A stretch of DNA of 64,000 nucleotides. Source: a virus. The notes below the pieces were generated by a model. The model ran no database searches, was not told the origin of the DNA, and worked only from the letters and a program-made list of their open reading frames with translations. Positions 1-9,677 of the stretch are shown here, in pieces (within the stretch, counting starts at the first letter, position 1; the number at the start of each line of letters is the position of its first letter). Position numbers and translations under genes: made by a program. The stretch covers positions 97,392 to 161,391 of IMG/VR virus record IMGVR_UViG_3300030497_000008; one strand, 5' to 3'.

Positions 1-1
1 G

Positions 2-235
2 CTTGACATTGAACAGATTGTAGAGAAGTTAAGAGACGTAGTAGAAGTCGAATTACTTGACACATCTGTAGATGTTGCAGACGTATCGAAAGACAAGTAT
101 GCTCCTAAAAAAGCAAAGCGTAATGTAGATGAAGACTTAGTAGCGATGCAACAGAGTCATGTAGCTGCTAACTACGAAAAACGTAACTCTATTAATAATC
201 TAATCAATAACTTCAACTTGACAGGTGAGCTGTAA
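2..235 (+). CDS. 3' end of upstream gene (partial)
   Basis: Open frame from the window edge to TAA at 233-235. Confidence 0.7.
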   Translation, partial: LDIEQIVEKLRDVVEVELLDTSVDVADVSKDKYAPKKAKRNVDEDLVAMQQSHVAANYEKRNSINNLINNFNLTGEL

Positions 236-246
236 TCTAGTATAAT
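218..246 (+). promoter_or_regulatory. sigma-A promoter
   Basis: TTGACA-N17-TATAAT, perfect consensus, inside the end of the upstream CDS. Confidence 0.85.
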
Positions 247-269
247 TTAACAGAGGAGGAATTTAATAT

Positions 270-1760
270 ATGGTAAAACCTATGGTTAAAGAGATTTTAA
301 GAAAGGCGATTATGCACCCCGCATTTGCTAAGGAGATTTTGCCTATCATACCTAAGTCTGCGCTTGACAACGACAACATGAGTATTGAGCTGGCACAGGT
401 ATTACGGCTATTCTATCAAACTAACTCCGCTTCCATTACAGAGGCGGCGCTTACTACTTTAGTAGAAGCTAAGTTAGATAGACAGAAGGCAGATGCAGAG
501 AAACAACAAGAGTACTTCGATACCATCAGCGAGCTATATGATATTCGAGATAGCAGCGATGACGAGGTAATCGATGAAGCCTTATCCAAACATATTAAGC
601 GCTATATGCGTATTGAATTACTTAAGAAAGCAGCTATGAAGCTGGACGACGAAGTTTTCCAAGATAAACTAGCGGATGAACTTCGATACATATTATCTTT
701 AGACATTACAGGCGGTAACGATAAGATTATCAACGTTATCGACGATAAAGAATACAAGCGACGATTACTGGAAACAGTACAGTCGAATACGATTCCTACT
801 GGATTCAAAGAGCTAGATAGATTGAATGGTGGCGGTTTAGCTAAAGGTGAACTAGGGCTTGTATCAGCATTATCAGGTTCTGGTAAAACTTTATTCTTGA
901 CAAACTTAGCTACTTCATATGTTAAACAAGGTTATAATGTGTTATTCATTGCTTTAGAGGAGCTAGAAAATCGAATGGTACTTCGATTCGAACAAGCTAT
1001 GTTAAGCCAATCTAGAGCAGACATTATTACGAACGGAGTATTGAACGAAGACGCATTTGAACGAAGACAGCGTTTCTATGAGAAGTATAGAGACAACTTC
1101 GGTAACTTGTTCTTTGCTCGCTACTCTCCACGAACAGTTACACCATTTACGATTGAACAACTTATCTCAGATGTTCTATTACGTAAAGGTGTACAGCTAG
1201 ATATCGTAATCATTGACTACCCTGAGTTACTACGAAACCCTAATGCTACAGGTAATGAAGCAGAAGATGGTGGACGATTATTCGAAGAGGTTCGACGTAT
1301 TGCACAAGACTACAATGTTTTAATGTGGACAGCCTCTCAGTTAAACCGTTCAGCGTACAACGCAGTTACGCGTACATCAGAACATATGGAAGGTTCTATT
1401 CGTAAGAAGAACGCGACGGAATTAGTTCTAGTAGTCAACCAAACTCCAGAAGAGTATGAAGCAGGATTCGTGCGGCTATATGCAGATAAGGTTCGTAACC
1501 CGCCTGACGGAGTTTATGATAAGATGCTAGGATTCGTAGTAGACGGTAAGCGGCAATTGATTCGTGATTATGAACCTGACCCGTACGACCCAAATAAAAT
1601 ATCTCCTGAGAAGTTGGAACATCAACGGATTCTAAAAGAAGTAGAAGACCAGAGGAACTCTCTAGGTATCAATAAGGGTGGCGGAGATAAAGGTAATAAA
1701 CCTCCTATGCCAAATTTAAGTGACGAAATAAATAAAGCACTTGCAGGTGGCGCGAAATAG
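270..1760 (+). CDS. DnaB-like (SF4) replicative helicase
   Basis: Walker A ALSGSGKT, FIALEE, IIDY, WTASQLNR motifs; GAGGAGG RBS. Confidence 0.92.
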   Translation: MVKPMVKEILRKAIMHPAFAKEILPIIPKSALDNDNMSIELAQVLRLFYQTNSASITEAALTTLVEAKLDRQKADAEKQQEYFDTISELYDIRDSSDDEVIDEALSKHIKRYMRIELLKKAAMKLDDEVFQDKLADELRYILSLDITGGNDKIINVIDDKEYKRRLLETVQSNTIPTGFKELDRLNGGGLAKGELGLVSALSGSGKTLFLTNLATSYVKQGYNVLFIALEELENRMVLRFEQAMLSQSRADIITNGVLNEDAFERRQRFYEKYRDNFGNLFFARYSPRTVTPFTIEQLISDVLLRKGVQLDIVIIDYPELLRNPNATGNEAEDGGRLFEEVRRIAQDYNVLMWTASQLNRSAYNAVTRTSEHMEGSIRKKNATELVLVVNQTPEEYEAGFVRLYADKVRNPPDGVYDKMLGFVVDGKRQLIRDYEPDPYDPNKISPEKLEHQRILKEVEDQRNSLGINKGGGDKGNKPPMPNLSDEINKALAGGAK

Positions 1761-1778
1761 TGTTATACTTAAAGTAAA
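1741..1778 (+). promoter_or_regulatory. sigma-A promoter with palindrome TATAC-TTAAA-GTAAA at -10
   Basis: TTGCAG-N17-TATACT with extended TG. Confidence 0.6.
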
Positions 1779-1798
1779 TTAAGAGGAGGAGGGATAAC

Positions 1799-2113
1799 AT
1801 GATTCGATTAAGTGAGACGGATACTGTCGATAACATGGGTATAATTAGAGAAGCGGGAACAATTTACGACTTCCGAAACCATTTGAATCTATGCTTTGAG
1901 GTAGATTTATCAGAAGTTCCAGAGGACGAGCAGTTCGAAGAGTCAGGTATTTTAAGTGTAGCTGTCAATGTACAAGGAGCTAGAGAACTAATCGAAGAGT
2001 TGCAAGCCTTTGTAAATCAGATGGAGGAGGAAGAACGTGAAAAAGATATTATTAAGCGCGCTAACTACTGGGCTGCTATTGGCAGGGTGTACGACAAAAA
2101 AGGAAGAGCCTAA
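1799..2113 (+). CDS. hypothetical protein
   Basis: ORF with strong RBS. Confidence 0.7.
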   Translation: MIRLSETDTVDNMGIIREAGTIYDFRNHLNLCFEVDLSEVPEDEQFEESGILSVAVNVQGARELIEELQAFVNQMEEEEREKDIIKRANYWAAIGRVYDKKGRA

Positions 2114-2294
2114 GAAACCTAAAGAGCCTTATCAGCTTGTTATAAAGGTGACTGATGGTTTAGGAGTTAGTACATATACACAACACGAAGTTGAATACTA
2201 CGCTATAAGTAATGGAAAAATCTTAATCCAGTTGAATAATGGTGAAAAAATTCAAACCACTATGTACACACTAAAAGAAAAGGGAGAGAAATAA
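2037..2294 (+). CDS. putative lipoprotein
   Basis: MKK, hydrophobic core, lipobox LLAG-C; GGAGGAGG RBS. Confidence 0.75.
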   Translation: MKKILLSALTTGLLLAGCTTKKEEPKKPKEPYQLVIKVTDGLGVSTYTQHEVEYYAISNGKILIQLNNGEKIQTTMYTLKEKGEK

Positions 2295-2296
2295 CA

Positions 2297-2509
2297 ATGA
2301 CAGTTTTATCTATTAAAGAGGAATTAATTACATTATTGGAAGAGGTTCTTGACGCTGAGGAGCGTATTGAAACGATTGACGATGCAAACGAAGCATACAT
2401 CGTTGGTCAACAATACGCATACGCTAAACTATTATTCTTTATGGTAGATGGCGTTACTAGAGAAGAGTTTGATGGTGATGATGTACAAGAATTACTAGAA
2501 AGAGCTTAA
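2297..2509 (+). CDS. hypothetical protein (paralog of next gene)
   Basis: Shares YxxGQxYA and FDxDD motifs with 2529..2756. Confidence 0.7.
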   Translation: MTVLSIKEELITLLEEVLDAEERIETIDDANEAYIVGQQYAYAKLLFFMVDGVTREEFDGDDVQELLERA

Positions 2510-2528
2510 AAGAAAGGGGGAGATACAA

Positions 2529-2756
2529 ATGATTAGAGACATTAAAAAGATTGAAGAAGAATTCAAGTACACGGTAAGCGTTTTACGGGAAGAGCTCGTA
2601 CCAGATGGTTATGACCCGAAAGATGTAGAGCAAATTCAATATGTATCTGGACAAGTATATGCATTCTTCCAAGTTTTACACCTATTCTATCATGGTGAAA
2701 TGTTATATAGTTTTGATGACGACGATATTAACCGATTACTGGAGGAAATTGAATGA
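2529..2756 (+). CDS. hypothetical protein
   Basis: ORF with RBS; paralog of previous gene. Confidence 0.7.
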   Translation: MIRDIKKIEEEFKYTVSVLREELVPDGYDPKDVEQIQYVSGQVYAFFQVLHLFYHGEMLYSFDDDDINRLLEEIE

Positions 2757-3850
2757 GAAAAAACTTCATCGTATTCGGGGATTTTCACTGGCATAACTTC
2801 ACAAATTTCGCCCGACCGATGATTTTTGATTACAAAGGAAAGCAGATTGAAGTTACTGATAGATTACTAGCACAATGGAACACTATGGAGAAGGTATTCG
2901 AGTTAGCGGACAAGCATAATGCGAATATCATCTTCACTGGTGATTACTTCCATGCACGTAAACGAGTAGAATCAGTAGTGTTCAATATGGGTTTCAATGT
3001 AATTAAAGATAACATGGAGAAACGTGAAGACTTGCATATGTACATGATTGTAGGTAATCATGACCAACAGGATTCTAGTGACTTCCCAGAACATAGTTTA
3101 GAAACATTTAAAGCGATTCCGCGAGTACATATTATGGATGACTTCGAACCAGTACATACAGAGAATGCAGTACTCTACCCGATTTCATATTCTGATAACG
3201 TAGACTTCATCAAGAGCAAGATTGATGAGTTTGCTGCACATGCAGAGACTATTGATAAGGATAAAACACCTATTCTAGTAGCTCACCTCGGAGTAGACGG
3301 TAGTGAAACAGGTCGTCACTCTCACAGACTAGGTGGAGCGTTTAGCTTAGGAGATTTACATCCCCTAGTGTTTGGTTACATAGCTTTAGGACATTATCAC
3401 AAGTGGCAGTTCTTAGAGGATACAGGTACTGCGTTCTATGCAGGTAACACAATCCAAGAGAGCTTCTCAGATGAGGGGCAGGATAAAGGCGTATTCCTTA
3501 TCGATATGGAGAAGTTAGGACATCCTGAGTTTATTCCTATCGAAAATAAGAAGTTTATCACGCTTACAGAGATTGATGAGAATACACAAGAGATTGTGGA
3601 TAATAACTATGTACGAATGATTATTCCACAAGAACTAGCTACAGAGGTAGAGATATTCAAAGAGTCGTCAGATAATCTACGCGTGGAAGTTCAAAAAGAG
3701 TATAAAGCAGACTTACGTATCGATATCAAGGTAGGCTCTGATGAAGCTGATATCGTAAAAGCTTACACAGATATGTTTTTTACAGGTGTACAAGATAAAG
3801 CATTAGCTGTCCTAAAAATGGCGCAGCAACAAAAAGTTGAGGAGGACTAA
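2753..3850 (+). CDS. SbcD/Mre11-like nuclease subunit
   Basis: GDFH, GDYFH, GNHD, AHL, LGHYH metallophosphoesterase motifs; SbcC partner downstream. Confidence 0.92.
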   Translation: MRKNFIVFGDFHWHNFTNFARPMIFDYKGKQIEVTDRLLAQWNTMEKVFELADKHNANIIFTGDYFHARKRVESVVFNMGFNVIKDNMEKREDLHMYMIVGNHDQQDSSDFPEHSLETFKAIPRVHIMDDFEPVHTENAVLYPISYSDNVDFIKSKIDEFAAHAETIDKDKTPILVAHLGVDGSETGRHSHRLGGAFSLGDLHPLVFGYIALGHYHKWQFLEDTGTAFYAGNTIQESFSDEGQDKGVFLIDMEKLGHPEFIPIENKKFITLTEIDENTQEIVDNNYVRMIIPQELATEVEIFKESSDNLRVEVQKEYKADLRIDIKVGSDEADIVKAYTDMFFTGVQDKALAVLKMAQQQKVEED

Positions 3851-3851
3851 C

Positions 3852-4067
3852 GTGGAGTTTAAAATTGGAGATAAATTTGAAGAGTATATATGGGACAACA
3901 AGTCTGGTGACGAAACACCTTATATTTACACCATTTTATTTAGAGCACCTACAGTAGACACTTGGGACGAGCAAGAGTTATTCGTTCGTGTAGACATGGG
4001 GGAAGAGTTCTGGTACACAGCAGTAACAGAAGCGTATTTAGAAGAGAACACGGAGGAGATTAAATAA
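3852..4067 (+). CDS. hypothetical protein
   Basis: GTG start after GAGGAGG RBS. Confidence 0.65.
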   Translation: MEFKIGDKFEEYIWDNKSGDETPYIYTILFRAPTVDTWDEQELFVRVDMGEEFWYTAVTEAYLEENTEEIK

Positions 4068-4651
4068 TGGATAAAAAACGATTAGACGTAATGGTAGATA
4101 TTGAGACTTTAGGGGTAAAAGCAGATTCAACAATCTTTCAAATTAGTGCAGCAGCATTTGATATCGAAACAGGTAATGTAACGTCAGAATGTAATTTTGT
4201 TGCTGATATCGAGGAAGCTGATAACTTAGTTTTAGATGGTAGCACACTTAAGTGGTGGCTTAACACGGATGCAGAGTTATTTAAACGTCTGTTAAACGGC
4301 GGGACACGCTCTCCAGAGATGTTAATCAAAGCATTCCATATGTGGCTAGAACGATTGACATTAAAATACGATGTTCGACTATGGGGTAACGGTATGTTAT
4401 TCGACAACAACATGCTTAAAACGCAAATCGAAGCGGCTGGGTTGAAGTACCCTATCGCGTATAACCGCGACCGTGATGTCCGTACTATCGTAGAGTTAGC
4501 TGCGAAAGTATCGGGAATCTCCGAGAGACAAATTAAAACTATGCATAAAAAGCCTACTGCGATTAAGCATGATGCATACGATGATGTTCATACTCAAATC
4601 AGATACGTTACTTGGTGCTATCAAATTCTAACAAGAACACCAGCACATTAA
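4067..4651 (+). CDS. DEDDh 3'-5' exo(ribo)nuclease
   Basis: DIETLG, WGNG..FD, RDVRT, HDAYDD motifs. Confidence 0.85.
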   Translation: MDKKRLDVMVDIETLGVKADSTIFQISAAAFDIETGNVTSECNFVADIEEADNLVLDGSTLKWWLNTDAELFKRLLNGGTRSPEMLIKAFHMWLERLTLKYDVRLWGNGMLFDNNMLKTQIEAAGLKYPIAYNRDRDVRTIVELAAKVSGISERQIKTMHKKPTAIKHDAYDDVHTQIRYVTWCYQILTRTPAH

Positions 4652-4680
4652 GAGACTATTTTAAATAGTCTCTTTTTTTA
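4650..4680 (+). terminator. intrinsic terminator
   Basis: AAGAGACTATT/AATAGTCTCTT stem followed by T run. Confidence 0.8.
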
Positions 4681-4709
4681 TTGACAAATATATGATACTA
4701 TAGTATAAT
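4681..4709 (+). promoter_or_regulatory. sigma-A promoter
   Basis: TTGACA-N17-TATAAT. Confidence 0.85.
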
Positions 4710-4738
4710 TTAACCATAACGAGAAAAGGAGGAATTTA

Positions 4739-6637
4739 ATGAAGTGGATTAAACTAACCGTACAAAACTTCTTAGCGATTAACGAAGCTACGGTTGATTT
4801 AGATAATCAAGGATTAATCCTTATTGAGGGGGACAACCAGAGCGATGATAAATACGGCAGTAATGGTTCGGGTAAGAGTACATTAATACCTGAGTCAGTT
4901 GCATGGTGTTTATTTAATAAGATTTCTAAAGGGGCTAAAGCAGATGAAGTAGTCAACAATAAGATTGGCAAAGATACTATGGTCTCTTTAGAAGGTGAAC
5001 TAGACGGTGATACATACATAATTACAAGGTACAGAAAACATAGTAAGTTTGGTAATAAAGTAAAGGTGTCTCGTAACGGGACAGACATAACAGCAAAGAC
5101 AGACCCAGATACAAATAAACTTATCGAAAAGCTAGTAGGTGTTTCTCATCTAACATTCTTGAATAGTATTCTATTTGCTCAAGGCGGCGGTCTTGGTGCT
5201 TTTGCATCTTTAACAGACTCTAGCAAGAAAGAAATTCTAGATAGCATTCTAAAACTAGATGTCTACTCGAAGGCGCAAGAGATTGCTAAAGATATAGTAA
5301 AAGAGAGTCAAAAGAAGATTGACGAGAAAAACAAAGAGCTTGAGAAGTTAGACTGGGAGCTGCAACAAGTGGACAGGCTCGAACAGGAAGATATTAATCG
5401 ATATGAGAGTACAAAACAATCACTTGCAGCAGAACGAGTAAATCTAGGAGAAGTCATCAAGCAACAGAATGATTATCCTGCACAGTACTTCGGTTTTGTA
5501 GAGCAGCATCGAGACGAGATAATCAAGTTGAAAGAAAGTTTAGAAGAGATTGCTAACATCGATGTGTCTGTAGAAGAAGAGGCATATTTAGAAGCGTACG
5601 ATAAATTGAACAGTATGTCTAATAAAGAGAAAGAACTTACATATCAGAAGAACCAGCTTGTGAAAAACTACAAGCAATTAGACAGCTCGGATACGTGTCC
5701 GATGTGTGGTAACCCGATTGATACAACACATATCATAACAGAGCAGCAAGGTATTAGAAAGCAGCTTGAGCCAATCGTGTTAGAGTTACGAGAACTCGCT
5801 CAATTAAGAGACCAGTTGATAGCAGACTGTGATACGAAGAAAGCAGCTTATGAAGCTAAGAAAGTAGAGCAAAGTAAAGTTGTTATCAAGCAAAGTAGCA
5901 TACATACAGAAATTCAAAATAAAGAATCATACATACGTACATACGAAAATAATCTACAGAAGCTTAAGCATAATGTAGAGATTGTGAAATCAAATATTGA
6001 AAAGTTAAGCACAGTCACAGAGCCGAAGAAACGTGATGATGAACGTGCAATAATCGAAGAGAAAATTAAAGTAGCTAAAAAAGAACTTGTTGCTCTGGAA
6101 CTCGATAAGAAAGAGAACGAGGACGTTGTTAAAGTATACTCCAATGAGGGAGTTAAGTCTCATGTATTAGACCTGATTACACCAGTATTAAATGAAAAAG
6201 GTAACAAGTACCTAAAACAATTGGCTGGGGAGAACATGGAGCTTGAGTTTAGTACGCGAACACTGAAAAAGGACAAGACATATTCAGATAAGTTCGATGT
6301 TAAACTGATGAACCATGTGGGCGGAGACAATTATAAATTAAATTCAGGCGGCGAACGCAAGCGCGCGGACTTGGCTATCTCTCTAGCATTACAAGATTTA
6401 ATAGCATCACATACAAACTTTATTGTATACGATGAAGTGTTCGATGCGCTAGACGACGTAGGTATCGAATCAGTATTAGAGTTATTAAAAGAACGTGCGA
6501 AGGTTATTGGTACAGTATTTGTTATTACACAAAGCAGCCACTTTAAAGCGTTATTTGAAAAGGTTATTACAATTACGAAGGATAAACACGGAATTTCAAG
6601 AATAAACAAAGGAGATAAAATGGATGAAGGTAATTAA
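4739..6637 (+). CDS. SbcC/Rad50-like ATPase
   Basis: Walker A NGSGKST, coiled coil, zinc hook CPMC, signature SGGE, Walker B VYDEVFD. Confidence 0.93.
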   Translation: MKWIKLTVQNFLAINEATVDLDNQGLILIEGDNQSDDKYGSNGSGKSTLIPESVAWCLFNKISKGAKADEVVNNKIGKDTMVSLEGELDGDTYIITRYRKHSKFGNKVKVSRNGTDITAKTDPDTNKLIEKLVGVSHLTFLNSILFAQGGGLGAFASLTDSSKKEILDSILKLDVYSKAQEIAKDIVKESQKKIDEKNKELEKLDWELQQVDRLEQEDINRYESTKQSLAAERVNLGEVIKQQNDYPAQYFGFVEQHRDEIIKLKESLEEIANIDVSVEEEAYLEAYDKLNSMSNKEKELTYQKNQLVKNYKQLDSSDTCPMCGNPIDTTHIITEQQGIRKQLEPIVLELRELAQLRDQLIADCDTKKAAYEAKKVEQSKVVIKQSSIHTEIQNKESYIRTYENNLQKLKHNVEIVKSNIEKLSTVTEPKKRDDERAIIEEKIKVAKKELVALELDKKENEDVVKVYSNEGVKSHVLDLITPVLNEKGNKYLKQLAGENMELEFSTRTLKKDKTYSDKFDVKLMNHVGGDNYKLNSGGERKRADLAISLALQDLIASHTNFIVYDEVFDALDDVGIESVLELLKERAKVIGTVFVITQSSHFKALFEKVITITKDKHGISRINKGDKMDEGN

Positions 6638-7235
6638 TTATAGTGAAGAGGAGATTCTATTACTACTAGAAAGCACAGCTAAAGTGGATGACGGGGAGGC
6701 TAAAGAAGAGGTTGAAATCATTCTACCTAAAGATAATATCATCTACTGGTATCCACTGAACATGAACTATGAATACAAGTTCTCAGATGCGAAACAAATC
6801 ATGTATCTAACATTAGATTCAATGAGCGAGGACGACAGCTACTCAGTTAAGAAAGCGAAACGAGCAAAACCATTACCAATTAAAGATGGAGTTCCGTACA
6901 AAGACGATGTGTTCTTAAGCAACAGAGCGACATTAAAGTGGGGTAGACGACAAGGATTTATCGATTACGATAAGAACTACAACTTCATTGGAGATAACGT
7001 AGAATCTACGAAATTAGTATTATCTGCTGTAACAGCATTAAGAGAGAAGCTTACCACTCGTTATATCGAGAAGGAAGGTAATAAATCAGGTCTTGATGTG
7101 GAAGATGGTATCGGTTTAAGTCTATTTACAGACGAACAGGTATATCAGCTTGCTAATAAAAAAGAACGAGCAGAAATCAAATTACTAGGAGAAGTTTATA
7201 CATACTTACGTGTCATGTACAGAGCTAACGCATAA
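6624..7235 (+). CDS. gp67-like anti-sigma factor
   Basis: WYPLNMNYEYKFS resembles, from recall, staphylococcal phage G1 gp67 (WYPLSNAYEYKLS); same position between sbcC and primase. Confidence 0.7.
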   Translation: MKVINYSEEEILLLLESTAKVDDGEAKEEVEIILPKDNIIYWYPLNMNYEYKFSDAKQIMYLTLDSMSEDDSYSVKKAKRAKPLPIKDGVPYKDDVFLSNRATLKWGRRQGFIDYDKNYNFIGDNVESTKLVLSAVTALREKLTTRYIEKEGNKSGLDVEDGIGLSLFTDEQVYQLANKKERAEIKLLGEVYTYLRVMYRANA

Positions 7236-7246
7236 GAGGTGAGATA

Positions 7247-8329
7247 ATGTTTATTGATTTACTTGAACAAGAATTAGGAGATAGTAAGCCCGCTTCTGGT
7301 GGCGAGATACGATTCAATTGTCCGTTCTGCGGTAATGAGAAATATAAATTCTATGTAGATGAGAGTCCTAAAGGTGGATGGCAATGTAAAAGATGTGGAG
7401 AGTCTGGATATCCGATTGCATTTGTTATGAAACTATATGGAGTAGACTACAAAGAAGCAAAAGATATCTTAGAAGTTTATGATTATCATGTAGGAGATTA
7501 TAACGGAGAAAACATGTCTCACTCTAAGTACGGAGCACACTTAACCGAAGAAGAGCAAGTACTTCTGTTTATAGCGAATCAAGGAGACGTTATTCATGAG
7601 GAGCAAGACCAGCGTGTAAAGTTAACTTGCCCTCGACCACCTACGAATTGCAAGTCATTATTAGAGAACTTCAATAATCCAGAGGCTTTCCCATTCCTTA
7701 CATACTTACATGGACGTGGAGTTACATTAGAGCAAATTAAACATCACAACATCTGTTACGTGACGGATGGGGTTTCGACATTAACAAATGGGAAAGAACT
7801 TCGATTAATCAATCATTTAGTATTCTTTGCGTTTGACAACAATGGTAAGGCGATATACTGGAATACACGCTCTATAGAACCTAAACCATTCCTTAAGAGT
7901 TTGAACGCCCCAGCGAAGCCTACAGAGTATTCTAAGGCAACAGTGGTTATGAACTTGAATAGAGCTAGGCACAAAGATAAGATTGTGATTGTGGAAGGTT
8001 TCTTTAATATGATTACGATAGGTAACGAAGCGGTCGTAACGTACGGGAAACAAGTATCTAAATCTCAGATTGAGAAGATATTAAAAGATACGAAAACAAA
8101 GCAGCCGCCGATTTACATTTACCTAGATAGAGACGGATGGGAAGAAGCTATTAAAGTAGCAACTAAAATCCATGAAGTGGATTCTAACAGAGCGGTCTAC
8201 TATGTGTACAACGAAGATGATAGAGACCCGAATGAACTAGGTTATACAGAAGCTTGGAATCGTATTAACAATGCCATACCTGCTGATACAGAGGGTGAGA
8301 CGATATGGCGAACACTACATTTACTTTAG
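7247..8329 (+). CDS. DNA primase
   Basis: Zn finger CPFC..CKRC, TOPRIM IVEG and YLDRD, DPNE. Confidence 0.9.
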   Translation: MFIDLLEQELGDSKPASGGEIRFNCPFCGNEKYKFYVDESPKGGWQCKRCGESGYPIAFVMKLYGVDYKEAKDILEVYDYHVGDYNGENMSHSKYGAHLTEEEQVLLFIANQGDVIHEEQDQRVKLTCPRPPTNCKSLLENFNNPEAFPFLTYLHGRGVTLEQIKHHNICYVTDGVSTLTNGKELRLINHLVFFAFDNNGKAIYWNTRSIEPKPFLKSLNAPAKPTEYSKATVVMNLNRARHKDKIVIVEGFFNMITIGNEAVVTYGKQVSKSQIEKILKDTKTKQPPIYIYLDRDGWEEAIKVATKIHEVDSNRAVYYVYNEDDRDPNELGYTEAWNRINNAIPADTEGETIWRTLHLL

Positions 8330-8581
8330 GAGGTTAGTATGAAAGAGGGGTACTTATTTAAAAGAAGTATGGCTTTATCGTGCGAAGAATATCCACAAAA
8401 TGATGTGGTATTCGCAGAGTATAGAGATGGGGATTTAATAATAGAGATTAGAGTGTACGACGATGAAGATAGATACGTAGGCGCTACGGAAGGTACGGTG
8501 CGTATAGACGATTTAGTTGAGTGGCTGTATAAAGGTGGTCATTTCGATAAAATTATAGAAACTTACTAGGAGGTTAGTATG
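8327..8581 (+). repeat. 15-bp direct repeat TAGGAGGTTAGTATG (8327-8341 and 8567-8581)
   Basis: Two identical copies 240 bp apart, flanking one gene. Confidence 0.85.
8339..8569 (+). CDS. hypothetical protein
   Basis: ORF with AGGAGG RBS. Confidence 0.7.
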   Translation: MKEGYLFKRSMALSCEEYPQNDVVFAEYRDGDLIIEIRVYDDEDRYVGATEGTVRIDDLVEWLYKGGHFDKIIETY

Positions 8582-8704
8582 GACAGACGATTATGGTTAG
8601 CAATGGCTGAGAGGTTACGAGAGATAGCGGATAATACTGCTGATGTAGTAACAGGCGAAGAACTAGACGAAATAATTGACAAAATATACGAACAATTTCT
8701 ATAA
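8579..8704 (+). CDS. small hypothetical protein (41 aa, not in track)
   Basis: AGGAGG RBS, MDRRLWLAMAERL... Confidence 0.6.
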   Translation: MDRRLWLAMAERLREIADNTADVVTGEELDEIIDKIYEQFL

Positions 8705-8710
8705 AACTCG

Positions 8711-8739
8711 TTGACAATCTATCAAATAAGTGATATACT
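8711..8739 (+). promoter_or_regulatory. sigma-A promoter
   Basis: TTGACA-N17-TATACT with extended TG. Confidence 0.8.
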
Positions 8740-8774
8740 TATAGATGTAAATAAATAAGAGGAGGAAATACATA

Positions 8775-9677
8775 ATGACTGATGAATTGAAAGTATCAAA
8801 AGAACCACTTACACTTACGGTTGGTAATATCATGCCAAAGGAGTTATCTGAGTTAATCGGAGAGAAATCAGACGAAGGTGAATTAAAACGTTATCCAGAT
8901 AGCGTAAAAGTAGATATCGTTATTGGTGACGGTTACTTACCTGAGAACGCTCATGGTAATGACTTCTGTGATGATATCCGTGCAGCAGAAGGACGCTTAG
9001 TTCCACCTAGTACATTTGGTTCTGTTCTAGTTCCTACGGGATTGAAAACAGCTTTCTCAGATAGATACGGAATGAAAGCAAATACCCGAAGCGGTTCTGC
9101 ATATCATACACCGATTATGTTATCGAATTGCACAGGTATTATTGAAGGTACATATCGAGGATACTTAGGTATTCTATTACGCAACGTCTTTATTGATTCT
9201 ACGTTAGTAGACTTTGTTATGGACTCTAAAGGTAAACGAATCCCATTATCAGAAGTTCCATCAGAGGTTCTTGAGAACGCTCGTGAATTCTATGAAAAAG
9301 ATTCCGAGACATTAGGTTATGACAAACCTAGCACTATGGAAGACTTCAATAAAGAGCTAGAATCTTGGAAGAAACGTAAAGCTGCTGGGGAGTTTGCTAT
9401 CTCTCGACTTACAGAAATTCGTAAGAAACTTGACGCTGGAAAACAATTAACAATGCGCGAGAAGGATGCATTGCTAGACCAAAAAGCTCCACAACCAACA
9501 TCGCAGCAACGCCTATTTGTAGACTTAGTACCTCGTGGGACTATCTACATCGAAAAAGGAGAGCGTATCGCTCAAATTCATTATCAACCAAGAATCCACG
9601 CGATTTACAACGAAGTGGACGAGCTAGATGAGACTAAACGCGGAGACAGCTCATATGGTGGTACAGGTCGCCTATGA
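8775..9677 (+). CDS. dut: trimeric dUTPase-like protein with large insertion
   Basis: Motif II RSG, motif III GIIEGTYRG, motif IV GERIAQ, motif V RGDSSYGGTG. Confidence 0.8.
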   Translation: MTDELKVSKEPLTLTVGNIMPKELSELIGEKSDEGELKRYPDSVKVDIVIGDGYLPENAHGNDFCDDIRAAEGRLVPPSTFGSVLVPTGLKTAFSDRYGMKANTRSGSAYHTPIMLSNCTGIIEGTYRGYLGILLRNVFIDSTLVDFVMDSKGKRIPLSEVPSEVLENAREFYEKDSETLGYDKPSTMEDFNKELESWKKRKAAGEFAISRLTEIRKKLDAGKQLTMREKDALLDQKAPQPTSQQRLFVDLVPRGTIYIEKGERIAQIHYQPRIHAIYNEVDELDETKRGDSSYGGTGRL

